Assembly (NCBI GenBank): GCA_036513415.1
Contig: DATBZA010000033.1
Location: 5,344 to 69,343 of the forward strand
Length of the DNA: 64,000 bases
Reading direction: 5' to 3'
DNA from: Myxococcales bacterium
GTDB lineage: Bacteria > Myxococcota > Myxococcia > Myxococcales > 40CM-4-68-19
This document shows positions 29,005 to 37,273 of the stretch, in pieces. The position numbers were made by a program, and so were the translations under genes. The stretch's first letter is position 1. Every line of letters begins with the position of its first letter. The notes under the pieces were generated by a model. The model did not search any database. It worked only from the letters and a program-made list of their open reading frames with translations, and had not been told where the DNA came from.

Positions 29005-29796
29005 ATGGCCCAGCTGAGTAATTGTCCCGTCCTCGAAGCGCGCCGCCTGGTCAAGCGCTACGGCCAGGTCACCGCGCTCGACGGCGCGGACTTCCTGCTC
29101 TTCTCCGGCGAGATCCTCGCGGTCATCGGCGACAACGGCGCCGGAAAGTCCACGCTCATCAAGGCGCTCTCCGGCGCCATCATCCCCGACGCCGGCGAGA
29201 TCCTGCTCGACGGGAAACCGATCCACTTCCACAGCCCGCTCGACGCGCGGAGGCAGGGCATCGAGACCGTCTACCAGGACCTGGCAGTGGCGCCGGCCAT
29301 GTCCATCGCCGAGAACCTGTTCCTGGGGCGCGAGGCGAAGAGGACCGGCCTGCTGGGCTGGATCGGGGCCCTCGACAAGAAGCGGATGCTGGCCGAGGCG
29401 ACCCGGCACATGCAGATGCTCAAGATCGGCATCCGCTCGATGAAGCAGGCGGTGGAGACGCTCTCCGGCGGCCAGCGCCAGGGCGTGGCGGTGGCCCGCA
29501 GCGCGGCCTTTGCCCGGCACGTGGTGATCATGGACGAGCCCACCGCCGCGCTCGGCGTCAAGGAGAGCAACATGGTGCTCGATCTCATCCGCCGGGTGCG
29601 TGAGCGCGGGTTGCCCGTCATCCTCATCAGCCACAACATGCCTCACGTGTTCGAGATCGCCGACCGGATTCACATCGCGCGGCTGGGAAAGCGGGCGTGC
29701 GTGGTGAACCCCAAGCACATCAGCATGTCCGATACAGTCGCGGTAATGACGGGCGCGAAGCGGCCGGAGGAACTGCCGCCGCAGGCGCTCGCGTAG
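29005..29796 (+). CDS. frcA: sugar (fructose-type) ABC transporter ATP-binding protein
   Basis: GDNGAGKS, LSGGQRQ, IMDEPT; single NBD. Confidence 0.85.
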   Translation: MAQLSNCPVLEARRLVKRYGQVTALDGADFLLFSGEILAVIGDNGAGKSTLIKALSGAIIPDAGEILLDGKPIHFHSPLDARRQGIETVYQDLAVAPAMSIAENLFLGREAKRTGLLGWIGALDKKRMLAEATRHMQMLKIGIRSMKQAVETLSGGQRQGVAVARSAAFARHVVIMDEPTAALGVKESNMVLDLIRRVRERGLPVILISHNMPHVFEIADRIHIARLGKRACVVNPKHISMSDTVAVMTGAKRPEELPPQALA

Positions 29797-29817
29797 CGCG
29801 CAAGCGAGGTAGAAGCC

Positions 29818-30753
29818 ATGGCGAGCGCGGCCAGCTACGTCGTTTTCGGAGAGGCGCTCACCGATTTCATCCAGGAGAGTGCCGGCCGCTGGCGCAGCGT
29901 GGCCGGGGGTTCACCCTGGAACGTCGCGCGCGTGGGCGCCCGGCTCGGTCTCCCGACAGCGTTCGCCGGCGCGGTGGGCAAAGACGTGTTCGGAGAAGAG
30001 CTGCTGCGTCTCTCGCGCGCAGCCGGCCTCGACCCGCGCTTCGTCCAGCAGGTCGACCGGCTTCCCCTGCTCGCGATGGTGGTCTCGAAGCATCCGCCGC
30101 AGTACTTCTTCATCGGGGAGAACAGCGCCGATCTCCACTTCGACCCGGCCGCGCTGCCGAAGGGCTGGGTCGAAGCCGCCGAGGTCGTGCACTTCGGCTC
30201 GCTCGGCCTCGTGCGCGAGCCTCTCGCCTCCCGCCTCGTGGCAGTGGCGGAGAGAGTGCGCGCCGCCGGCAGGCGCATCGCCTTCGATCCGAACTACCGG
30301 AACCTCATGACTGAAGCCTATCGTCCCACGCTGCGACGGATGGCGGAGCTGGCCGACTACATCAAGGTCTCGGACGAGGATCTGAGCGGCCTCTTTCCCG
30401 GCACCGACCCCGCGGTAGCGCTGGCACAGCTCCGTGCCTGGTCGCCGCGGGCGAGCTTCCTCTTCACACACGGCGAGACGGGGCTGGAGCTGATCTCGCC
30501 GGAGCGGCAGGTGACGCAACCGGCCTTCCGGGTGACGGTCGCGGACACGGTGGGAGCGGGGGATGCGAGCATGGCGGGCTGGATGTTCAGCGTGATCACG
30601 CGCCCTGACGCGACCCTCGAGGCCCACGCGGCGTTCGCAGCGGCGGCCGCGGCGGTTGCGTGCCAGCATCATGGCGCGTACGCGCCGACGCTCGACGAGG
30701 TGACCTCTTTCCTCGCGGCGCGCGGGCGGCAGGCAGCCAGTCCGGGCGGTTGA
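29818..30753 (+). CDS. PfkB family carbohydrate kinase (fructokinase-like)
   Basis: GEALTD, GGSPWNVA, FDPNYR, DTVGAGD. Confidence 0.92.
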   Translation: MASAASYVVFGEALTDFIQESAGRWRSVAGGSPWNVARVGARLGLPTAFAGAVGKDVFGEELLRLSRAAGLDPRFVQQVDRLPLLAMVVSKHPPQYFFIGENSADLHFDPAALPKGWVEAAEVVHFGSLGLVREPLASRLVAVAERVRAAGRRIAFDPNYRNLMTEAYRPTLRRMAELADYIKVSDEDLSGLFPGTDPAVALAQLRAWSPRASFLFTHGETGLELISPERQVTQPAFRVTVADTVGAGDASMAGWMFSVITRPDATLEAHAAFAAAAAAVACQHHGAYAPTLDEVTSFLAARGRQAASPGG

Positions 30754-30763
30754 GGCGGGGGCG

Positions 30764-30791
30764 AAAAAAAAGGGCGGCCTTTGGCCGCCCT
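30764..30791 (-). terminator. Rho-independent terminator
   Basis: AGGGCGGCC-TTT-GGCCGCCCT hairpin followed by a U-tract on the minus strand, downstream of 30816..31130. Confidence 0.85.
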
Positions 30792-30815
30792 CGACGAACG
30801 AACGCGAAATGCTAT

Positions 30816-31130
30816 TTACGCGCGAGCGGCGATCTTGTGAAAGGTCGAGTTGGAGACCTCATAATTCTGCAGCTGAGGAGTTCCCTCGACGACCTTTCCC
30901 AGCGCCTTCAGCACTTCCGGATAGCCCGTGCGGCTGTAGGCTTCCGCGTTCTCCTTCGACTGCCAGAAGCTGATTGCGTACGCTTCCGTTCCGCCCGGGA
31001 CGACGAACGCAACTTCGTCCTGGAAACCCTCTTGCTTTCGAAGCATCGGAAGGACTTCCTTCTCAAGCGTCTGGGTGAACTGCGCGGTGCTGTTGGGCTT
31101 GAGCTGGATCCGAACGTTTCGTGCGAACAT
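30816..31130 (-). CDS. ABM (antibiotic biosynthesis monooxygenase)-like protein
   Basis: LPMLRKQEGFQD...ISFWQSKENAEAY pattern; GAGGAGG RBS. Confidence 0.75.
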   Translation of the reverse strand: MFARNVRIQLKPNSTAQFTQTLEKEVLPMLRKQEGFQDEVAFVVPGGTEAYAISFWQSKENAEAYSRTGYPEVLKALGKVVEGTPQLQNYEVSNSTFHKIAARA

Positions 31131-31312
31131 GATTAGCCTCCTCGGGCTGGTGCTGGCTAAGTTGTGAGGATGTCCGGGAAGATCTGACTTAGTTCAGAAG
31201 ACCCGATCGCGAGCAGATCTGCTCAGCGGCATCCTGGAGTCTAAGGGGTCACCGCCGCAGGCGCGAGGAAATCGACATCCGCGAGCCAGGGCACCTCTTC
31301 GCCGCGGCCTTT

Positions 31313-31720
31313 CTATTCGCCCGCCGGCCGGCGGCGCTGAAGGAAGCTCCTGATTTTGGCCTCCAGGTCGTCAGGCAGGCAGGGCTTGTCGAGAGAAAGG
31401 TCGCCACCTGCTGCCCGAACCGCCTGATGCGCGTTCTCACCAACGGAAGCCGAGAGGGTGATGATCGGAACCTCCTTGGTGGCGGGACGGCTGCGCAGCG
31501 AGCGGATGACGGTGATGCCGTCGACCTTGGGAAGCGCGAGGTCGAGCACGATCAGATCGAAGTGTTCTTTCTCGGCTCGCTCGAGCGCCTCTTCTCCATC
31601 CTTTGCGGTGACGACCAGGTACCCGGCGAAGGACAGCATCTCCGCGTACATCTCGCGCGAATCAGCGTAGTCGTCGACGATCAAGATGTGGGCAGCCGGC
31701 CGCTGTTCGCTCTCGACCAT
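31313..31720 (-). CDS. single-domain response regulator
   Basis: ILIVDD, VLDLALP, LSA, DKP. Confidence 0.92.
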   Translation of the reverse strand: MVESEQRPAAHILIVDDYADSREMYAEMLSFAGYLVVTAKDGEEALERAEKEHFDLIVLDLALPKVDGITVIRSLRSRPATKEVPIITLSASVGENAHQAVRAAGGDLSLDKPCLPDDLEAKIRSFLQRRRPAGE

Positions 31721-31872
31721 GCCATCCTCTTAAGTCCGCCACCGCGGTCCGGGCACCCCGCTTGCGTTCACGGTTCAACTCGAAAAGCGACATCCTCGTT
31801 CGCTGCCGGACAGCCGGGGAGCGCGATTTCACAGAGGGTGCGTGGTGCTCATGGGTATTCGTACGCAGCCTG

Positions 31873-32190
31873 ATGGCGTTGGCTCGCGTCGCCGCCAGCC
31901 TGGATGCATTGATTGAAATGGGACGCCGCCTCGGGCTGCGCGCCCAGGTACAGGAGCGCCTCCTGGCGGTGCTCGACGCAGCGCTCGAGATGCGGAAGTT
32001 GCCCGGTGGCAGCGTAGACGGAACCGCACCGCTGATCCTGCGCGTTGCAGACGTCGAGGTCGCCTATGCGTTGGATCTCGACAACGAGGCCGTGCACATC
32101 CTTTCCGTGGATGCCTTCAGGGACGGCAAGGCCGAAGACCACTGGCCTTTCGGCTGGCGTTCACTCGGGGAACCGAGCTCACGATCCTAG
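31873..32190 (+). CDS. hypothetical protein
   Basis: Coding-like ORF; C-terminal LRVADVEVAYALDLDNEAVHILSV; start uncertain. Confidence 0.5.
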   Translation: MALARVAASLDALIEMGRRLGLRAQVQERLLAVLDAALEMRKLPGGSVDGTAPLILRVADVEVAYALDLDNEAVHILSVDAFRDGKAEDHWPFGWRSLGEPSSRS

Positions 32191-32349
32191 GCGCCTACCG
32201 TTCGTTGACCTCCACGGATGACGCGGTGCGGCCCGCCCTGGAACGAGTTGCCCTGTGTGGCGCGAAACATCTCCTCCGCTGGGTCACTGTCCGAGGCATG
32301 CGCACATGCGCAGCCTTCGCGCGCCGCTCAAGAGTGCGAGGGATCGCCG

Positions 32350-32514
32350 ATGCGCATGCAGCTTTCCGTGGTGACCAAGACCTGGATCTGGATCGTGCTC
32401 GCCCTGACTGCGGGCGCCGCAACCGGGATCGTCAGCGCCGATCGCCCTGCTCAGACCGGGGACGCCGCCTCGACCGCGGCCGGTTCCGCAGTGGCCAGGG
32501 CCTTCGTTCCGTGA
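32350..32514 (+). CDS. small putative membrane/secreted peptide
   Basis: MRMQLSVVTKTWIWIVLALTAGAATGIVSA hydrophobic stretch. Confidence 0.35.
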   Translation: MRMQLSVVTKTWIWIVLALTAGAATGIVSADRPAQTGDAASTAAGSAVARAFVP

Positions 32515-32550
32515 TGACCGCCGCATCGGACCTTCGCCGATCCTACCGGA

Positions 32551-33357
32551 TCAGACTGTCGGCACCGTGCCTCCATCGATGACGTACTCGCTTCCATGAA
32601 TCGCGGCGGCTCGCTCCGAAGCCAGGAAAGCCACGAGCTCAGCGACCTCATCGGGGCGAGCAGGGCGGCCCACCGGGATCCCGCCGAGCGAATCCATCAG
32701 GCCCTGTCGAGCGGCGTGTTCATCCAGGCCACGCTGCGCGGCGAGGCGAACGATCAGTCCGTGTGCGGCCGTCGTTTCGGTGAAGCCGGGCGCGACCGTG
32801 TTCACGCGCACCCCCTTCGGTCCCACTTCCTTCGATAGCCCTTTGCTGTAAGTCGTCAGCGCGGCCTTGGCGGCCGCGTAGGCGAGCGTTGCCTCGAACA
32901 GCGGCAAGCGCCGCTGGATGGACGTGATGTGGATGATGACGCCCGATCGCCGTTCGAGCATCCCGGGAAGCAGAGCGCGATCGAGGCGGACCGCGGCCAG
33001 GAGATTCCCATCGAGAGCCTGCCCCCAATCTTCGTCGCCGAGGACGGCGAAGCCGCCGCTGGGCGCGGAGGATCCGCCCACGTTATGGACGAGGAGGTCG
33101 ACGCCGCCGAACTGGTCCAGAACGCTACGGACGATGTTCTCGATACCGGCTGCCGTACTCACGTCGGCCCGGACGAACAGGTCGGGAGCCTGGCCTTCCG
33201 GCAGCTCGCTCCGGGCCGTAGTCGCGACTCTCGCCCCGCCGGCAGCCAGGCGCCGCACGATGGCTTCGCCGATGCCCTTCGTGCCGCCGGTCACGAGTGC
33301 GCGCTTGCGGTGGAACTCCCTCGGATCGATCACGAATCGCCACGCGCCCGGCATCAT
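32551..33357 (-). CDS. SDR family oxidoreductase
   Basis: [18 protein letters not shown]. Confidence 0.93.
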   Translation of the reverse strand: MMPGAWRFVIDPREFHRKRALVTGGTKGIGEAIVRRLAAGGARVATTARSELPEGQAPDLFVRADVSTAAGIENIVRSVLDQFGGVDLLVHNVGGSSAPSGGFAVLGDEDWGQALDGNLLAAVRLDRALLPGMLERRSGVIIHITSIQRRLPLFEATLAYAAAKAALTTYSKGLSKEVGPKGVRVNTVAPGFTETTAAHGLIVRLAAQRGLDEHAARQGLMDSLGGIPVGRPARPDEVAELVAFLASERAAAIHGSEYVIDGGTVPTV

Positions 33358-33434
33358 GTTGGCTCCTTCTGGGCCGCGGCTGCGGACCAGCTGACGGCCT
33401 TTCGATGTCCGGAAACTTCACTTACACTTACCGG

Positions 33435-33839
33435 ATGTCAAGAACGCACCGAAAAGTAAGGTACCAACCGAAAAGTAAGCTGTCCCATCCGACGGCCGCC
33501 TCGGCCGCCGCCCATGTCGAGCAGAGCCTGAAGTTCCTGGAGGGCCGCTGGAAGCTGGTCATCCTCTTTCATCTGTTCGGCGGCAAGGTGCTGCGCTTCT
33601 CGGAGTTGGAACGGGCGATCGCGGGCATCTCGCAGAAGATGCTGATCCAGCAGCTCCGCCAGATGGAGCGCGACGGGATCGTCCGACGCATCGTGCACCA
33701 TCAGGTGCCGCCCAAGGTCGAATATGCCTTGACCGACTGGGGCCAAGCACTTTGCCCTGCGCTCGAAGCGCTACTGGAATGGGCGGCGCAGCACGAGGTG
33801 ATGACGTCGAGCGCGGATGAGCCCGGGCGCGGTTCCTGA
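33435..33839 (+). CDS. HxlR family winged-helix regulator
   Basis: EGRWKLVILFHL, RFSEL..ISQKML, VPPKVEYALT; divergent from SDR. Confidence 0.92.
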   Translation: MSRTHRKVRYQPKSKLSHPTAASAAAHVEQSLKFLEGRWKLVILFHLFGGKVLRFSELERAIAGISQKMLIQQLRQMERDGIVRRIVHHQVPPKVEYALTDWGQALCPALEALLEWAAQHEVMTSSADEPGRGS

Positions 33840-34133
33840 TTTCGTAGCCGCGCAACCCCTTCGGCATCGACCTTCAGAAATCTACTTCGACGACCCGGAA
33901 ACCTGGACGGTCCTGGAGGGTCGTCGATGGACTCGATCGACCAGGGCTCTTCCCCGTGCAGGTGAGCTGCACCTGTTCCGTCACCCCCACGCGGCAGGAG
34001 TGAAGCACCACCGCGCCTACCGCAAACGATGCCTTCATGCTCCTTCCGCTCGGCGGCGACACCGCGAGCGCGAGCGCGGCTGCAATGGTCGTCATCCTTC
34101 CTCCATCGTGGCGCGGTCCCGGGTCGCCCACCG

Positions 34134-35213
34134 CTACGCTTTCCTGCGCAATAGAAAGTACGTTCGCATCGGCCCTTTTCCCTTCACGGGAATCGGGCCT
34201 CGCTCGGCGAACTCGTACCGTTCGCGCAAGAGCTGGAACGTCGCCTCCGTGACCTGGATACGGCCCGGCTCGCCGTGCGACTCCATCCGGCTCGCTGTGT
34301 TCACCGCATCTCCCCAGAGGTCGAAGACGAACTTCCGCGTCCCGATCACGCCGGCCACCACCGGCCCGGTGTTGATGCCAATGCGGATGGCGAGGGAGGT
34401 GCCGCGCCGCGCGTTGAAACGGCGCAGCGCTTCGCAGAAGTCGAGCGCCATCTCCGCCACGGCGATCGCGTGATCCGGGCGCGGAATGGGGACGCCGCCG
34501 GCCACCAGGTAAGCGTCGCCGATGGTCTTGATCTTCTCCAGGCCGTGCCGGTCCACCAACTCGTCGAAGTCGGAGAAGATCCCGTTGAGCTGTTCGACGA
34601 GATCGGCGGGCGGCAGCCGCATCGCCAGCTCGGTGAATCCGACGATGTCGGCGAAGAGGATGGTCACCTCGGAGAAGTGGTCCACGATGGTCTTCGGCGC
34701 GTCCTTGAGGCGGTCGGCGATCCGGGAGGGCAGGACGTTGAGGAGCAGCTGCTCGGAGCGGTCGCGCTCGCCCTTCAACGTCTGTACGTAGACCCGTTCC
34801 CGATCGCGCCTCCGCTTCTTTTCCAGGCAGGCGCCGACACGGGCGCGGAACATCGTCGGCTCGAACGGCTCGGGCAGGTAGTCCTCCGCGCCCAGCTCCA
34901 GGCATCGCGCCACGCTGTCCAACTCTTCGACGGCCGAAAGCATCAGCACCGGGATGTCGCGCAGCCCGGGATCGGACTTCATGCGCCGGAGGATCTCGTA
35001 ACCGTCCAGCTCCGGCATCTTCACCTCGAGAAACACCAGGTCAAAGGGCTCCTTCTCCAGCTTGCGCAACGCTTCGCGGCCGTCCTCGGCTTCTGCCACG
35101 CTGAGCCCCTGCCCCGCCAGCCGGGCGGCGAGCACGCCGCGATTGACGGCCAGGTCGTCCACCACCAGCACACGCCCTTGCAGCGTCACGCGGCACCCAT
35201 CTCCATGGCTCAC
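34134..35213 (-). CDS. class III adenylate cyclase with N-terminal atypical receiver domain
   Basis: VLVVDD receiver; ILFADIVGFT, EKIKTIGDAY, FDLWGDAVNTASRME (Lys/Asp ATP-specifying pair). Confidence 0.92.
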   Translation of the reverse strand: MSHGDGCRVTLQGRVLVVDDLAVNRGVLAARLAGQGLSVAEAEDGREALRKLEKEPFDLVFLEVKMPELDGYEILRRMKSDPGLRDIPVLMLSAVEELDSVARCLELGAEDYLPEPFEPTMFRARVGACLEKKRRRDRERVYVQTLKGERDRSEQLLLNVLPSRIADRLKDAPKTIVDHFSEVTILFADIVGFTELAMRLPPADLVEQLNGIFSDFDELVDRHGLEKIKTIGDAYLVAGGVPIPRPDHAIAVAEMALDFCEALRRFNARRGTSLAIRIGINTGPVVAGVIGTRKFVFDLWGDAVNTASRMESHGEPGRIQVTEATFQLLRERYEFAERGPIPVKGKGPMRTYFLLRRKA

Positions 35214-35590
35214 TTCGCCCCGGCGGCGAGCAGGGCGGCCTCGGCGAGGCGCGGGGCAGGCTTCGCGTGATGTTCGCGTTCGCGGAAATCGAGTCGGCGC
35301 ACCAGTTCGTGCAGCAAGGCGATGTGGTGCTTCAGCGCGGCGACGAGGCGCCGATGGTCCGCCTCCTGCCCGAGCATCTGGAAAGCGAGGTGCGCGGCGT
35401 CCTTGACCGCGCAGGTTCTCGCAGGGGCGGTCAAACCTCGATGAACGATGTCGAGCTGCCTGAGCTCGTGCGCGAAGGCAACCCAGACATCGGCCAGGTC
35501 AGGTTCAGCGAGCATGCGAGCCAGGGACTCGCGATTCTCCTCTTCGCCGTCGACCACCACGATCCCTCGTTCGGGCGTCATCGTCTGCAT
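35210..35590 (-). CDS. hypothetical protein, degenerate receiver-like N-terminus
   Basis: IVVVDGEEENRESLARML; GGAGG RBS; GTGA overlap with the cyclase. Confidence 0.6.
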   Translation of the reverse strand: MQTMTPERGIVVVDGEEENRESLARMLAEPDLADVWVAFAHELRQLDIVHRGLTAPARTCAVKDAAHLAFQMLGQEADHRRLVAALKHHIALLHELVRRLDFREREHHAKPAPRLAEAALLAAGAK

Positions 35591-35720
35591 GCCAGACCTC
35601 CGGGGCAGGAAAACAAGAGAGCTCTCCCGTCTTCTAACATAGGCGTCTGTCTTACGCAAGCTTACGATGTCACATCCGCGGACGCGGACCCCCCGCGGGG
35701 AACGCGCGGCGTTGGGAAGC

Positions 35721-35960
35721 TCACTTCTTCCCGCGGAACAGCCGCGGCAGGCGGGTTTTGGGCTTCTTTGGGCCCCCCATCTCCTCCTCGACCTGGTCGA
35801 GGCCTCTCAGGAGCAGCATGCGGGCGGCCATGCTCGCAGTAGCCTCGATACCCGGCTGCGTCTCGTTGAGGTAGTCCCTGTAACGGTGGAGCCGCTCCAG
35901 CGTGCCGATCGGCAGCCGTACGTTGAAGAGCTGGAATTCCTCGCTGAAGCGCTCTGCCAT
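35721..35960 (-). CDS. small putative DNA-binding protein (ribbon-helix-helix-like)
   Basis: QLFNVRLP strand followed by two amphipathic helices; basic tail. Confidence 0.6.
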   Translation of the reverse strand: MAERFSEEFQLFNVRLPIGTLERLHRYRDYLNETQPGIEATASMAARMLLLRGLDQVEEEMGGPKKPKTRLPRLFRGKK

Positions 35961-36141
35961 CGTTGCTCCCGTCGCCGAGACCTGGTTGCCCACCCCTGAT
36001 CGTCACACTTACATTGTCAGATGACGCAAGACAATCCCCGCCAGCGCCGCAGTTTCAGGGCGGGTGCGTGCTTTCGCGTGATGCTATCGTGGGGCACGGG
36101 CCGAGCTTCGCGCTGGGCGAGGACGAGCCGCGAGGAGAAGA

Positions 36142-37029
36142 GTGGAGCCGAAGGACACGCGGATCACTGCCGTCGCCGGCATCCGTGACCCCGGGGGTGG
36201 GGAGGACCCGTGCGTCGTCCAGATCTACGGTCCACAACTGGGCAAGAAGGTGACGCTCCAGGCGGCCGAGATCGCCATCGGCCGCGGCGATGGGTGCGAA
36301 ATCGTCCTCGACCTGGACAACGTTTCGCGCCGCCACTGCACGCTCGTCAAACGCGACCTCGGTTTCTTCTTGCGGGACGACGACTCCACCAACGGTACCT
36401 ACCTGAACAACGCCCAGGTGCGCGGGGAGATGCCCCTTCGCAGCGGGGATCTCGTCAAGGTCGGTTCGGCCATCTTCAAGTTCCTCCATGGCGGCGAGCT
36501 CGGATCGATCGAGGCGCAGTATCACGAGGAGATCTACCGGCTCACCATCATCGACGGTCTTACACAGGCCTACAACAAGCGCTATCTGCTCGAGCTCCTC
36601 GAAAGAGAGATGGCGCGCTGCACCCGGCACGGCCGCGCGCTCTCGCTGGTCCTGATCGACATCGACCACTTCAAGAAGATCAACGACGGCTTCGGGCACA
36701 TCGCCGGGGACCACGTCTTGCGCGAGATGGCGGCGACGATGAAGACGTGCATCCGCCGCGAGGACTGCCTCGCGCGCTATGGCGGTGAGGAGTTCGTCCT
36801 CGTCCTGCCCGAGACCGGGAGCGAGAACGCCGTCTTCCTCGCCGACAAGCTGCGCAGGCTCGTCGAGCAGCACGAGTTCGTGTTCGAGGGGAAGCGCATC
36901 CCGGTCACGTACAGCGCGGGCGTCGCGAGCTTGCAGAATGCGCACGATTCCGCACCCGCCTTCCTCAAAGTTGCCGACCACAAGCTCTACGAGGCCAAGC
37001 GGCGGGGTCGCAACCAGGTCGTCGCCTAG
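36142..37029 (+). CDS. FHA-GGDEF diguanylate cyclase
   Basis: FHA IGRG, VSRRH, STNGT; GGEEF active site with RxxD I-site (RRED). Confidence 0.93.
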   Translation: MEPKDTRITAVAGIRDPGGGEDPCVVQIYGPQLGKKVTLQAAEIAIGRGDGCEIVLDLDNVSRRHCTLVKRDLGFFLRDDDSTNGTYLNNAQVRGEMPLRSGDLVKVGSAIFKFLHGGELGSIEAQYHEEIYRLTIIDGLTQAYNKRYLLELLEREMARCTRHGRALSLVLIDIDHFKKINDGFGHIAGDHVLREMAATMKTCIRREDCLARYGGEEFVLVLPETGSENAVFLADKLRRLVEQHEFVFEGKRIPVTYSAGVASLQNAHDSAPAFLKVADHKLYEAKRRGRNQVVA

Positions 37030-37273
37030 GCGCGGCGACAGAAGATTTCTTAGCCCCTACGCCTGAGCGCGATCGCTCGCCAGTCCGGCTCTGAGACGCG
37101 TTCTAGCCGGCGGTAAGTGGGGCCAGGACTCGCACCTACAGGCCAGGAACCGAGCCACTTGACCCCCGGTTGGGGAAGTTTCTCTAATGATGCTTAAAAT
37201 GTTTGCGAATCATTTTGAACAGATTCAAGGTTGAAAGGCATGCGACTCGGATCGGGTCGCTTTGGGGCGCGTA

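Noticed and set aside
37106..37170. Possible structured ncRNA/riboswitch (AAGTGG...CCACTT pairing) after the GGDEF gene
   Set aside because: No recognisable riboswitch or ncRNA consensus; pairing is short and needs an Rfam search
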